A stretch of 64,000 bases of DNA from Octopus sinensis (GCF_006345805.1 NC_043002.1:21452001-21516000); one strand, 5' to 3'. Positions 36,542 through 49,304 are shown, numbered from the stretch's first letter. Notes: generated by a model from the letters alone, not told the origin. Numbers and translations: made by a program.

Positions 36542-36947
36542 GTGAAAATCCAAAATCAAAATCAAAATCGATCAACATCAATGGAAATTGCAGCTGTGAT
36601 ACCAGTGCCGGTGGTACATAAGAGAGCCATCCGAATGTGGCCATTGCCAGTGCCGCCCCAACGGGCCTCGTGCCAGTGGCACGTAAAAAGCACCATCCAA
36701 TTGTGGCCATTGCCAGCCTCGCCTGGCCCCCGTACCGGTGGCATGTAAAAAGCACCATCTGATCGTGGCCGTTTGCCAGCCTCGTCTGGCACCTGTGCCG
36801 GTGGCACGTAAAAAGCACCCACTACTCTCACGGAGTGGTTGGCGTTAGGAAGGGCATCCAGCCGTAGAAACATTGCCAGATCAGACTTGAACCATCCAAC
36901 CCATGCTAGCATGGAAAGCGGACGCTAAACGAAGATGACGATGATGA
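36542..36947 (+). mobile_element. RTE-type LINE 3' end (family A)
   Basis: Long family A 3' UTR with aaaagcaccat subrepeats and a gatgac/gatgat tail. Confidence 0.85.
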
Positions 36948-37393
36948 TTATTATGTAAGGGTGTTTGTGTCTGTCCTGCATCACTGCTTGATAACTGGTA
37001 TTGGTTTGTTTACATCCCTGTAACTTAATGGTTCAGCCAAAGAGATTGATAGAATATGTAACAGATTTAAAAAAAAATGTTCAGAGGTTGATTTGTCTGA
37101 CTAAACCCAGCATGACCACAGTCCAATGTTTCAAACAAGCAAAGGATAAAAGATTATACTGATATGAGTGGATGATGGAATCAGTAGAGCACCCAACAAA
37201 ATGTTTTGTAGTATTTAGTTATGTGTCTTTTGTGTTCTCACCTGAAATTCCTTCATGTTCTCTCCTTTGTCTTACCTTTCTCTTTCTGAAGTCAATAAAC
37301 TCATTACCAGTCATTTACTGGGCTTCACTGTTTCCTCTTCCGAATGTATGGCTTTGTGTGTTTGCTAGAAAGTATTATTAATGGTTTTTAGCT

Positions 37394-37825
37394 CAGTGTT
37401 TCTCAACCAGGGTCCACATAGCTCTTGGAGGTCCATATAAAATTTTGTTATTAAAATTTATGTGCAATTAAGGCAGCAACAGGCTGGTAGAATCGTTAGC
37501 ATGCCAGGCAAAGTGCTTAGCGGCATTTTATCTGTCTTTACATTCTGAGGTTCAAATTCTATGACTTTGCCTTTCATCTTTTCTGGGGGGAGGGGGGGTC
37601 AATAAAATAAGTACCAATTAAGCACTGGGGTCAATGTAATCGACTTACCCGTCCTCCCACCAACTTGCTGGCCTTGTACCAAAATATGAAATCAAGCTTT
37701 ATGCATAATAAATAGCTTATACAAACATAGCAGGATGTTTTAAACATACAAAAGCTGTAAGGGTCCATCCAAGAAAATTAGTGTCAAAGGGGCCCACAGG
37801 TAAAAAAAATGGTTGGGAACCATTG
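37394..37825. mobile_element. hAT (Charlie-like) MITE with nested SINE
   Basis: TIRs cagtgtttctcaacc / ggttgggaaccattg with an 8-bp TSD ttttagct/gtttagct. An older family B SINE lies at ~37470-37700 inside it. Confidence 0.85.
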
Positions 37826-38039
37826 GTTTAGCTGAATCTCTCCTGTAAATGTTTGGGCTTTTCCAATTTTATTGCAGTTGTTGACGTATTAAATTCAATA
37901 TAGTTTTGTATCTAGTAGTAAGTAGTACTTGGTTTAGTATACTATTTTAAACCATTAGAACAAGCAGTGGTAATTTCCCCTTCATCCTTCACCCTCCTTC
38001 CCTGTCTAATGCTCTTCCCCCACCCTATGTCCCATCACT

Positions 38040-39010
38040 GTTACCATTATCACCATCACCACCCAACCTATATGTTCACCCTTTTCATACCTTCACCACC
38101 ATAACCTGCACCACCACCACTACTACCACCCCGTCCCCACAACAACCATCACCATCGCCCCACCCTCACCTTCACCTCACATTCATCGCCCTTCACCATC
38201 ACCCCTCGCCACCTCCCATCCCTCCACCCATGCCACCTCCAACCCCGCCACCTCCACTGTCACCCCTATCTCTACCCCTGCCTTCACCCTCCCATCTCCT
38301 CCCACTTATTTCTATCCCACCTTCACTATCACCTGTACCCCACTCACCCCCTCACTGCCACATTGCCCCCCCCCCGAACATCAGCAACAGCAGCAGCAGC
38401 AGCAGCAGCACCACCACCACCACCATCGTTATTACTCCCTGCTGTCACCATATCACTATCTCCACCATCACAGCCGCCTCATTCCACAACAGCCCTATAA
38501 CCACAACCACAGACCATCACCAAAACTCTCCTACCACCACACCACTATGACCAATACCATCACCACAAACTCTTAACCAACATCACCATCACAGGCATTC
38601 ACTAATGTCACACCAACTCTACCACCGTGAATACTGCAACCACCACTGTCACTATGTCACTACTATCACCACCTCCACTACTGCCACAACTACAACCATT
38701 ACCACCTCCCCTACTAGTACTGCCATCTTTATTAGTGCCACTATTACCAGAACCACCACCGCCGTCACTATGTCACTACTACCACAGTCACCACCGTCTC
38801 CGCTACCGCCTCAACTACCATCACTGCTGCAACTACCGTCACTACTACAACTACCACTGCCATCTTCACAACTGTTATCGCCGTCGCCACCACCACCACT
38901 GCCACTATTACCAAAACCACTTCCACCACTACCACCACCTTCACTACTACTACTATCGCCATCACGACTACTACCACTACTGCCACCATCACCATCATGC
39001 AACCTGGTTT
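38040..39010. repeat. Cryptic (CAC/CAT/ACT) trinucleotide low-complexity tract
   Basis: Direct reading. A similar tract lies at ~39540-39860. Confidence 0.9.
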
Positions 39011-40062
39011 GCTGTAGCGTCACTGCGACAAGTATGTTTGAATACATCAATTTAAGATGTATGAAGATGCTGGAGTAAAGGAAGAATACATGAATATATA
39101 TATATAAGTAAAGCGAACAGGATGAAATATAAAATAACTATGGCCATCACTACCATTATTACTTCTGCTGCTGTTATTATTATTATTATTATTAGCATTA
39201 TTATTATCATTATTATTGTTGTCGTCATTATTGTAAACAGTTGCCTACACCGTCATCGTTGCAACTGCCGCCATTATCATCTCCATAGCAACAAACACCA
39301 GGCACAATCATCATTGTTATCACCAAACTCATCGCCATTATATGTGTGTATACATCGTCTGATGCCGTTACGCAGTGGCTTTGACTTGCTAGAAACAGCA
39401 GCCTAAATTCCCCTTTCCTAATAGATCCTAATGTTTTAACGAAAAAGACCAGGGTGCTCGTGAATGGTTTGAATGGCTTTGATCAGATGTGTATTTAGAC
39501 AGTGGACCCCACGCCCCCATCTCCTCCTTCTGGGATAAATGACAGCAGCAACAGTAATCATCATCATCATCATCAACAATTACCACCACCATCCCCATCA
39601 TTTACAGTACTATCCTCAACACTGCTATTGTTAACACCCTTCATTATCACCACCACCACCACCACCACTTCACCATCATTAATAAGGCATCACCACCAAC
39701 ATCTCCACCACTCCTATTATCACTAGCAACACATCACCACCATTTCTATAAACAACACACCACTACCATCATACCATCACTACTACCGTTAACACACCAC
39801 CACCACCACCACCACCTCTACTGACAATCACTACTGCAACTGTAATCACCATCACTAACTTGAAATAGTAGCCAAATTTCCCTCCAATAACACCACATTC
39901 TTTTTTTAAAAAAGGGTTATAATGGATTACATAATAATGTAGTTATAGATGCACAGTGTGATCAGATGAGGTGGTCATGGGTTGAATGACTTCTGATTAT
40001 GGGGTCTGCTTGTTTAGTGCTGACCTGAGGCTAAACTATGAAACACCACCACCACCACCACC

Positions 40063-40851
40063 ATGTCTTTACCCATGTAAGATGTTGTTAACTGTTTGGT
40101 GGGATAAGAAAGGTTTAGTCCACTTTGAACTTTTAAACCCAAACCAAACGATAACAAAAGAGATGTACTGTGAGCAGCTTGAGTGGTTTGGTGTTCAAAT
40201 TTCTCTATTGAATGTAATACTTTTTCACTCAAATTGTTTTGAATTAATCATGCATTATGTTATAGCTTTGAGGTTTCAATGATGTGATTGTTTATTTTTA
40301 GAATGTCACTGTAGGTTAGGTGTGAGAGGCTAGATATGGCCAGTTTGAATATAAAACATGTAGAATACTTGGGCCGGATATGGCTGGTTTAAACACTAAA
40401 GGGTTAAGTCAGCGCTAGAAGAAAAACGACTATCTTTGGTTTCAAGACGAAAGGTGCTCTTTCATCAGGATAATGCTTAGCCACATACAGCGAGGGTGAC
40501 ATTCCAAAGGCTGGAGCAGTTTGAATGGGAAATGATGCCGCACCCACCATATTCGCTGGACATTGCCCCATCTGATTATCATTTATGCTGCCGTCTTCAA
40601 AATCATTTGAACAGAAAAAATGTAAATTCTGTAGATGGGGTCAGAACAATACTGGAGGAGTATTTTTTGTCATGGACAAGTGAATTTTGGAAGAGGGGCC
40701 TTGCTAGCCTACCAGATAGATGGAAGAACATTGTAGAAAATGAAGGAGAGTATATTTCAGAGTATAAAGAACTTTGTTTATCTTAATTTTGAAAAAGTAT
40801 TAAAAAAAGTATTAAAAAAAAAACAACACATTATTATAAGATGACTCAATA
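40063..40851 (+). pseudogene. Mariner transposase C-terminal half, interrupted, with right TIR
   Basis: LLTVWWDKKGLVHFELLNPNQTITKEMYCEQLE | LKSALEEK...LFHQDNA*PHTA...HPPYSLDIAPSDYHL...RWKNIVENEGEYI. TIR-like ttataagatgactcaata is at ~40833-40851. Confidence 0.92.
40193..40407. mobile_element. piggyBac-like MITE fragment inserted into the Mariner ORF
   Basis: Ends in aaagggTTAA, like the 1093-1317 and 57277-57507 elements. The Mariner homology resumes immediately after it. Confidence 0.7.
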
Positions 40852-40999
40852 CTTAATTTTATTGAGCCTGAATAGATGAAAGGTTAAGCTGACCTCAGAG
40901 GCATTTGATCTCAGAATGTAAAGAGCTGGAACAAATACCACAAGGCATGTTTTTTTTCTGATGCTCTGACAATATTATCAATTCAAATAAAAATAATAA

Positions 41000-41400
41000 T
41001 AATTATTTCAAATTTTTGCCACAAGTGCAGCTTGTGGGAGGTGGGGATGAGTCGATTACATCGACCCCAGTGTTCAACTGGTACTTATTTTATCGACTAC
41101 GAACGGATGAAAGGCAAGGTCACCCTTGGCAGAATTTGAACTCAGAATATAAAGATGAACGAAATGCTGCTAAGCTTTTTGCCCAGCATGCTAATGATTC
41201 TGCTAGTTCACCTTTCTAGGCCTGAAATTTTGGGGGAAGGGTCAAGTCCATTACATTGACCCCAGTGCATAACTGGTACTTATTTCATCAATCATGAAAA
41301 GATAAAAGGCAAAGTTGACCTTGGCAGAATTTGAACTCAGAACATAAGGACTGACAAAACACCGCTAAGCATGCTAATGATTCTGCCAGCTCACTGCCTC
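41000..41400 (-). mobile_element. Two tandem older family B SINEs
   Basis: Two consecutive aactggtacttattt...ggcagaatttgaactcag...tgctaatgattctgc units. Confidence 0.8.
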
Positions 41401-42795
41401 AGTGATAATGACGATGATGATGATGACCTTTATTTGCCACAAGTGCCCTGAAAGAGGAAGTACATGCACCAACTAACTAGTTGATTCTCATTGACCTCTA
41501 AAGTTTTCCCCAAAAGCTCACCTCTAGTCCTTTATACAACTTAGAAGTCTCACTTATAGCATAGTTCAATTGATAGAGGGCTATGGGCACCTGATAATAT
41601 TTCAGATGCTAGGTTTAGTCTTCATTTGATACACCAAAGAGATGAACTTTGTAAATAGTGGTCTGACAAGGGCCACCACACCTACACACCATGTAGGAAT
41701 TGTTGTAGATGCCACAACCTCAGTGCATGTTTGTGTATCAGCAACATACCAAGTTCTCTGTTTAGAGGGTGTTGACAGTGGATGGAAAGTAGTTTCTCTA
41801 CAAGAAGCTAAAGAATGACCACTCCAGTTTGGTTAGCAGTAAACTTAAAGAAGGCATAGATGTGGCTGTGTTAATACATTGTTTTCTTCATAACAATGTG
41901 GTTTTGTGTTCTTGCTCATTGTGTGGAAACCTGGCTAAATGTCCTTTACTATAGCCTCTGGCTGAGCAAAGTCTTGTAAATGGAAAGGTAGGCACAAATT
42001 TTATGGAGGACCATTGTGTGTGTGTGTGCATGTGTGTGTGTGTGTGTTCTTGCATGCATGCTTGCCTGAATGTTTACATTCTGCATCTTTACATGAAACC
42101 ATTTGTGCTGTATTCTTATGTTGACACTACCTGTTAAATCATCTTGTAGCTCTGTGCTTTCAAGGATGTGTGGAATAAGGGATCTCTTATTTGAAAAAAC
42201 AGGTATTAGTAACAGGGAGTGCCTCTAGCTGTGAATAAGGACTTGCCCAACCCATGCTTGCATGGGTTGGACAAATCCTTGGAAAACTGGAAGTTAAAAC
42301 GATGTGTTGGTGGTGATGAGGATGGGCAAAACCCATGATCCTTTTCAGGGTCACAAAGATTGAGAGGAGGAATAGACAGGAGACCTGGTCTGGATACTGG
42401 CAGCAAAATAGACTCTGCTATATACACCCAGGGACCAGATGGTAGCGTGCTTGACTATGGTTGTGGGCTGGTGATAGTGTGCCTCTCCATGTTTACTACT
42501 GGAAAGTTTGGTTTATAATTACTTCTTGTGTTCTTTCTCACTTTCTGTCTGTCACACTCCTGCTTTCTTTATCTTCAGTCTCTGTATTTTAATTTGGTTT
42601 TTATTCATCTCTGCCTTGGCCAATTTCCCTTCATAATTTTCCTTCTCTATTTCTGTCTTGGATCTTGCTTGAATATAGTTTCTCCCTCTCCCTCCGTGTC
42701 TCTCTTTCCTTTCCATATGATTGGTCTCTCTCTCTATTTTTCACTCCTTTGCCCTCTTTCATTTTTGTTCTCATCTGACTACATGCACAAAACCT

Positions 42796-43027
42796 ATTTC
42801 TTTATTACCCACAAGGGGCTAAACACAGAGAGGACAAACAAGGACAGACAAGCGGATTAAGTCGATTACATCGACCTCAGTGCGTAACTGGTACTTATTT
42901 AATCGACCCCGAAAGGATGAAAGGCAAAGTCGACCTCGGCGGAATTTGAACTCAGAACGTAACGGCAGATGAAATACCTCTCAGCATTTCGCCCGGCGTG
43001 CTAACGATTCTGCCAGCTCGCCGCCTT
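42796..43027 (-). mobile_element. Young tRNA-derived SINE, family B, with 14-bp TSD
   Basis: atgcacaaaaccta occurs at 42783-96 and 43028-41. A and B boxes are intact. Confidence 0.92.
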
Positions 43028-43559
43028 ATGCACAAAACCTACATGCACAAAACCACCACCACTGCTGCTGTTGCTGCTGCTAACTAGTAATTGAGGTTTT
43101 TTGCAACTGTTACTACTTTTTATGTTGTGCACACACTTGTGCACATGTATCTGCATACATGTACACACACTGCACTCACACACCTTCACACATTTTTAGA
43201 CATGTGCACTTTAACCTGCATACTCTAATGGACATGCACATAGACATCTCTGGCTTACTCTTTCTCTCTCTCTCTCTCACACACATATACATGGAAAGAT
43301 ATGAACTAATAGATATACCTTACTCTTGTACATAGATGGATATGTGTTAGTACACACACACACACACACACGCACACACACATATTGTATTGGCACCACT
43401 AATTTTATTGCTAATTTTGGAATAGAAGGCAAAGTTCTAAATTGACTTCAGAACATTTTGGGTGAGTTTGAACTTGGACTCTTGAGATGTCAAGCTAGAC
43501 ACCATATTAGAACATTTGGCATGATACTGCTTGTAACATGGTTGTACCCCACTGGACCA

Positions 43560-43561
43560 AT

Positions 43562-43622
<61 letters not shown>

Positions 43623-43650
43623 TGTTATCATCATTATTATTGTTATTATT
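43560..43650. repeat. (TAT)n microsatellite
   Basis: Direct reading. Confidence 0.95.
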
Positions 43651-44548
43651 ATGTAAATGTCAGTAAAGCAAGAGATAACATGCCCTTCAGTATTTATGTC
43701 TCTGTCTCATTCAGATCCAGCCAGATCAACTATATTTTACCTTCTTCAAATGGATGATAAAATAAGGTCCTGTGAAGGGTGTCTTTCTAAAGAGTTTGCT
43801 TTGCAACCATGAGGTTTCAGTTTTAACCTCACTGTGTGGCACCTTTGGCAAGGCCCCTCCACCATAGCTTCGGATTAGCTAATTTTTACAAGTATCTTGT
43901 GAAAGGAATATGACTATACATGTGTGTATGTTTGTGTATGTGCGTGTGTGTGTATCTATATATATACACACACACTAGCCTTGAAGCTGCCCTTTGGGCA
44001 CTATTCTGGCTACCGCCTTGGGAGGGCACCTTTCAGGCCTTCAACCCCACTATTGGGTCCCTTCACAGCCCTCTACCCTTGTGTAATGTACTAAGCACTG
44101 ATACAATATACATAAGGGCAAGGTAAATGCAGTAAGAATAGGAGGGGTCAATGGGGCCCCATTTAAGTGGCCCTTCAGAAATTGAACCCCCTTATGATAC
44201 TCTCTGGGAGTTCATGGTAAGAAATTCATTATCATTGCTTCAATTTGGTTGCCAATGCCATATGTTTAGTTTAAAATGCAGTAAAAATAGGGGGTGGGGG
44301 ATGTCAGTGGGGCCACAATTAAGCAGCCCTTAAGAAATAGAGCCCCTTAGGACATTCCCTGGGATTAGGTGAGTTCCTGGCTTGAGTTTCATTGTCCTTG
44401 CACCAATAGTCTAGGAGGAGTTAACGAACATAAAAACGTAATGAGCAGAGAAGCACTTACCCAGTATTTCTGCTGTTCCAACGGCAACTTTGGATTTGAA
44501 AAAATATCTTATTTGTATCATACAATACACACACACAATCACACACAA

Positions 44549-44587
<39 letters not shown>

Positions 44588-44602
44588 GTTAGATAAGGTT
44601 GG

Positions 44603-44672
44603 TTTATGGGATTACCCTGGGTTTCATGTCCATAATGCACTTAGTTTTATGGTGTACCATTAGATCCCAAAA
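44603..44672 (-). ncRNA. Degenerate type I hammerhead motif in a Penelope pLTR
   Basis: Minus strand: UUUUGGGAU CUAAUGG ...CCAUAA..UUAUGG... GAAAC C-CAG-G GUA AUCCC AUAAA. Stem I and stem III/GUA are intact. The core has G5>A and A9>G, and the stem II base is mismatched. Confidence 0.55.
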
Positions 44673-44779
44673 TCTGTTGGCTTTAGGCCTCTCAAGTGAG
44701 TGGCCTTTCTGGAATATGGAGGTAGATAGGACCTTGCTACTTGATGTCAACAACAGGGGGTTATCTCCCTTTTGTTATC

Positions 44780-45135
44780 GGTCACAAGAGACCCTGTTAT
44801 CTTGTGGGTTCCAATAGGCCTGCAGAAATTTCCTGAAATGCAAGCACAGTCTGAAGACCTCCATCCTGGAGTTAAGGATGTTCCCCGGGTTGAGGGAGTC
44901 CTTTAGAATCCTTGCCCATTCCACTATGCATAGTTTACAATGTTTGGTCCTGTTTATGTAGGGGCCTGGATTTTCTAGGATTCTCCATGCTGTTGTGTAT
45001 GGAATCCCGTCATCTTTCAGCTGCCATACATTGTTGGCTAGTGACATAATGTATCTCCTTTCTGGTATCCTGAAAGAGGATCTGTGGTTAGAGAGGCATT
45101 GTTTGAATGTGTTACTAGAGCAACTGATGTATCCT
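44780..45135 (-). pseudogene. Penelope-like GIY-YIG endonuclease C-terminus
   Basis: Minus frame: GYISCSSNTFKQCLSNHRSSF...SLANNVWQLKD...WRILE..GPY....KHCKLCIVE..RIL...NILNSRME...CLHFRKF, a typical PLE C-terminal pattern. Confidence 0.85.
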
Positions 45136-45444
45136 CATGGTCGGATGTTGGCAGTGCTTTGTCTGTTGGCATTGCTTTGTCTGTTGGTGTTGCTGCTACC
45201 GCTGTTGTTCATACTGGTACTGTAGGTGTTGGCATCATTGGAGATAGTGCTGGTGTTGGTGCGGTCACTACTGGGGTTGGTAATGGTGCTGTTGTTATGG
45301 TCAATGTCATTGATGTAGGCACTGTCACTGCTGTTATAGATATCATTGGTGATGACTCTGCTGCTGTTTCCATTCAGGATATTGCTATTAATTATTGTTG
45401 TTATCGCTGACAATGGTGCTGTCACTGGTTCTGTTCATGTCTCT

Positions 45445-45825
45445 GCTGCTGCTGTTTAGCGAACGGTCTTCGTCCCAGAGCTCGCAAGATAGGAGAAGTC
45501 CGAAATCTGGTCCTTTGCTATTTGTAAGACCCGCAGAAGAGAAAGCAGGTCAACCCCCGACACCGAGAGCATCGACGGATGGATGAATGCGCATCCAGGC
45601 TCAGCAGTTGCGTAGGAAGTCGGGGACAAGAAACAGGAAGAAAGAGTGAGAGAAAGTTGGGGTGAAAGAGTGCAACAGGGGTCGCCACCACCCCCTGCCA
45701 GAGCCTCATGGAGCTTTTAGGTGTTTTCGCTCAATAAACACACACAACGCCCGGTCTGGGAATCGAAACCGCGATCCTCCGACCGTGAGTCCGCTGCCCT
45801 AACCACTGAGCCATTGCGCCTCCAC
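45445..45825 (-). mobile_element. Young CpG-rich tRNA-derived SINE (fourth family)
   Basis: Minus-strand head ggcgcaatggctcagtggttagggcagcggactc...ggtttcgattcccagacc (A/B boxes), a long non-tRNA body and a (cag)n tail. Confidence 0.85.
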
Positions 45826-46139
45826 TCTGCTGCTGCTTCTATTGAAATTGACAAGCCTGCTACTGTAGTAGCCGTTGGGGAAGCCTCTGATGTTGCTGCT
45901 GCTGTTAGGGATACTACCATTCCTGTCATTGTTGTTATCACTGGCAATGGCACTGCAGCCAGTTCTGTTCATGTTTCTGTTGCTGTTACTGTTGGTACTG
46001 TCATCTCTGCTGCATTTAATATCTATATCTCATTGGATTGTTTGACAGTTTGATGGGATCTGATTAGCCTGATGGGTGCATTAGTCTCCAGTACCTTGGC
46101 AAGGTTTCTATGGCTCGATGTTTGGATGTCCTCCCTAAT

Positions 46140-46467
46140 GCTGGTGCTTTTTACACAACACCAGCACTAAACACCCATGCAGTGCCTCGTAAAAGCACTC
46201 ATGCAACACCATGTAAAAGCACCTGTGCATGTCACATAAAAGTGCCTGTATGGGTCGCATAAAAGCGCCTGTGCGGGTCGCATAAAAGCACCTGTTTGGT
46301 GCCACGTAAAAGTACTCAGCACACTCTGTAAAGTGGTTGGTGTTAGGAAGGGCATCCAGCCATAGGAACTATGCCAAATCAGACTGGACTCTGGTGCAGC
46401 TCCCTAGCTTGCCAGTTCTGGTCAAACCATTCAACCCATGGACAATGGACATTAAATGACAATGATT
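46140..46467 (+). mobile_element. RTE-type LINE 3' end (family A, older)
   Basis: Tandem taaaagcacc subrepeats followed by the family A end. Confidence 0.75.
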
Positions 46468-47917
46468 ATATATAGGTATAGGTTGGATTGATACTTACCT
46501 GTGGTTGTGTTTTTACGGCTAGATTATCTTCCTGTTGCCAACTCTTACTTGTTTTATGAGCAAGAAAGTTTCTATTCAACTACATTGAAAGTGTAGAGCT
46601 ACAGGATGTAATGTTCCATTCCTGTGAATGTAAACATGATTACTCTGTTTACACTCGCGGATGATCTCATGCAGGAAACAGAAACAACAACTTTATCACA
46701 AACACAAGAATAATATGCCTATACACATAAGAAGTGTGTGTTGCCATTAAGTTGTTACACAACCTGCTAAAAATAGCAGCTAACTCACTCTGTTATCATA
46801 CTTTTGCATCTTAAAAAAAGGAAGGACATACTAGGACTGGATAATATTGTCTGGAACAGACTATATCTAGGGAAAAAAATAAGATTGCCTTAGATGAATC
46901 ATTCTTGACATAAGTCTCCTCCTTTTGAGCCTGACTCAGAGCTAAACGAAAATAATTAATCAAGAGTTTGATATGTCATATCGTCTCATGTGTCTAGTTG
47001 CATCAATGGAGCAGGATTCTTAATTCTCAAATAGCCCAGCCTATCTAGCTGAAAATAAGAAGATAGAAACAATATCACAGAACAATATGACAGACAGTTA
47101 GTCAACTTGCAGTTGATTCAACACAACATCGTCTGCAGATTTTGTGAAGCCTTTCTTGTCCTGTAATCAATGGGTTTCCTGGTCAGTTTTACTATTCTAT
47201 TCAGTCTGGTTCTGATCAAATACTGATATCTATATATATATATATGTGTGTATGTATATGTGTATGCTTGTGTCTACCTTTATCTTGACATCATATATTG
47301 ATTGTAAATAATCATCGCTGTCATACAAATGATACCGTTCGTTTCCAGTCTTTTGTGAAAAACATGTCAGGCTGTGGGTATACATATCACCTTGCCTGGA
47401 AAGAATGTGAAGGTTGGTGACAAGGAGGGTGCCTGGTAGTAGAAAATCTGCCTCAATGAATTCTGTCATGCAAGCATAGAAAGGTGGACATTAAAATGAT
47501 GATGATGTCAGACAGCTGGTGTGTGTGTGTGTGTGTGTGTGTTTTGACACCAGCACTTCCATGGTTGATCAGCTAAAGAATTTGTTTCACAATCATGAGA
47601 TTCCTGGCTTAGTTTCACTACAGGCATCTTGGGTCTTTTGGCTAAACCTTGGGTTGATTGAAGCTTTGATCATGAAAGTCAGTTGATGGAAACTGCAGAA
47701 ACCTGTTGGATGGATTCTACTTGTTATTCACTGTTCAACTTTGTCAAACATTGTCACATTGATTCTGTTTGTAGATCATATTAGGGGTATGAGTATTAGT
47801 TGAGTACTTAGCCACACCATGATGTAATGAATAGGGAGTTCCATGCACCAAAGAACTAGAATACCAGAATACACATCATCACAACCAATAGAGAAAAAGA
47901 GTGTGTGTGTGTATATA

Positions 47918-48160
47918 TCATCATCATCATTGTTTAACGTCCGTTCTCCATGCTAGCATGGGTTGGACGGTTCGACTGGGATCTGGGAAGCTAGAAGGTT
48001 GCACCAGGCTCCAATTTGATCTGGCAGTGTTTCTACAGCTGGATGCCCTTCCTAACGCCAACCACTCTGTGAGTGTAGTGGGTGCTTTTTATGTGCCACC
48101 AGCACAGGTGCCAGGCGAGGCTGGCAACAGCCACGATTGGATTGGTGCTTTTTACGGGCC
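47918..48160 (-). mobile_element. RTE-type LINE 3' end (family A)
   Basis: Conserved family A sequence. Confidence 0.85.
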
Positions 48161-48859
48161 ATATATATATATATATATATATCAAATACATTTTTGTATG
48201 TGTGTATATACCTGATCATAGAAAATCTACTTCAACAAATTTTATCTGACCCATACAAACATAACATAGAAAAGTGGATGTTACCAGGATCTCTAGTGGC
48301 GTGAGGTTCTCAAAAAGACTTGCCCTCCTGAGTTCTGGAAGTGCTATGTTTTGGCTACTCCACCCATCACAGTAACTTTTCACCCTGCACCATGTCTACC
48401 TGTTTCCCCTCCCCAACAACTGTATCATCTTTCATACTTCAGCTGCTCATTTCCTCTCCATTCTTCAGCATCCCTCTGTCATCCCCAACTCATGGCTCTT
48501 GTCTTGTCCTCCCTTTAACCCTACCCATTTTGGCAATCTTTTTCTCCATCCCTCATTCACCTTCCCATAAAACCTTACAGATCCACTTCTGCTCATCATA
48601 TGCCTTGTGGGGCCACCCGAGCACCCTATTACCATTATCTATGTCTTGCAGCTCCTACTGACCATTTTCTCTTCTGCTGCCCTTCCTTTGTTTTCCATGC
48701 TAGATGTGAATAGCCATGCAGATCCCTCTGCAACAACCTGCTCTGCACCCACCTCTCTCATAATAAACCCCTCATCTCCTAGCATGAAGCTGATCTCTTC
48801 CACCTACCCCAGGCCTTGTAGTTCTGCAAACTGCATAGCAACCTCAATAGTGCAGGTGG

Positions 48860-49045
48860 CATGAAAATAAAGTACTCAGTCCATACTGTAAAGTGGTAGC
48901 ATTAGGAAAGACATCCAGCAATAGAAACCATGCCAAAGGTGACACTGGAGCTCAATACAGTCCTTGGACATTTAGGATACGGTCAAACCATCGAACCCAT
49001 GCTAACATCGAACAAGGATGTGGATGCTAAATGATGATGATGGTG
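48860..49045 (+). mobile_element. RTE-type LINE 3' end (family A, older)
   Basis: ggcatgaaaataaagtactc...aacccatgctaacat...aaatgatgatgatg. Confidence 0.7.
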
Positions 49046-49254
49046 ATAATAAATATACACGCATGTTTGTATATGTGTATGTTTGTTTATGTATGTGTGC
49101 ATATATATATATATATATATATACATACGTACATATTGGCCTGCTTGCTTAGCCAGCGGGGTGGCGTCATTTCATCGCGAAAACAATGCGAAGCACATTG
49201 TAACCAGCGATGTGTAGCAACATCTGATAGCCTGGTTGGTCACAGTCATCATGG

Positions 49255-49256
49255 TG

Positions 49257-49304
<48 letters not shown>

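Noticed and set aside
38230-39078. Pro/Thr/His-rich ORFs (also 14051-14884, 45084-45425)
   Set aside because: They are trinucleotide low-complexity tracts open in several frames, with no domain and no clear splice pair.
45750-45825. tRNA-like sequence on the minus strand
   Set aside because: It has A/B boxes but no proper acceptor-stem pairing and runs into a SINE body. The same applies to the other SINE heads.
46491-46501. ATACTTACCTG, the U1 snRNA 5' end (a perfect donor on the minus strand)
   Set aside because: The rest of U1 is absent, and the upstream minus-strand sequence is a repeat remnant.
46980-47050. Strong minus-strand acceptor followed by LDRLGYLRIKNPAPLMQLDT*
   Set aside because: It is only 20 codons with no recognisable homology and no partner exon.
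48330-48860. Pyrimidine-rich block possibly from a LINE C-terminus on the minus strand
   Set aside because: No diagnostic motif could be read with confidence.
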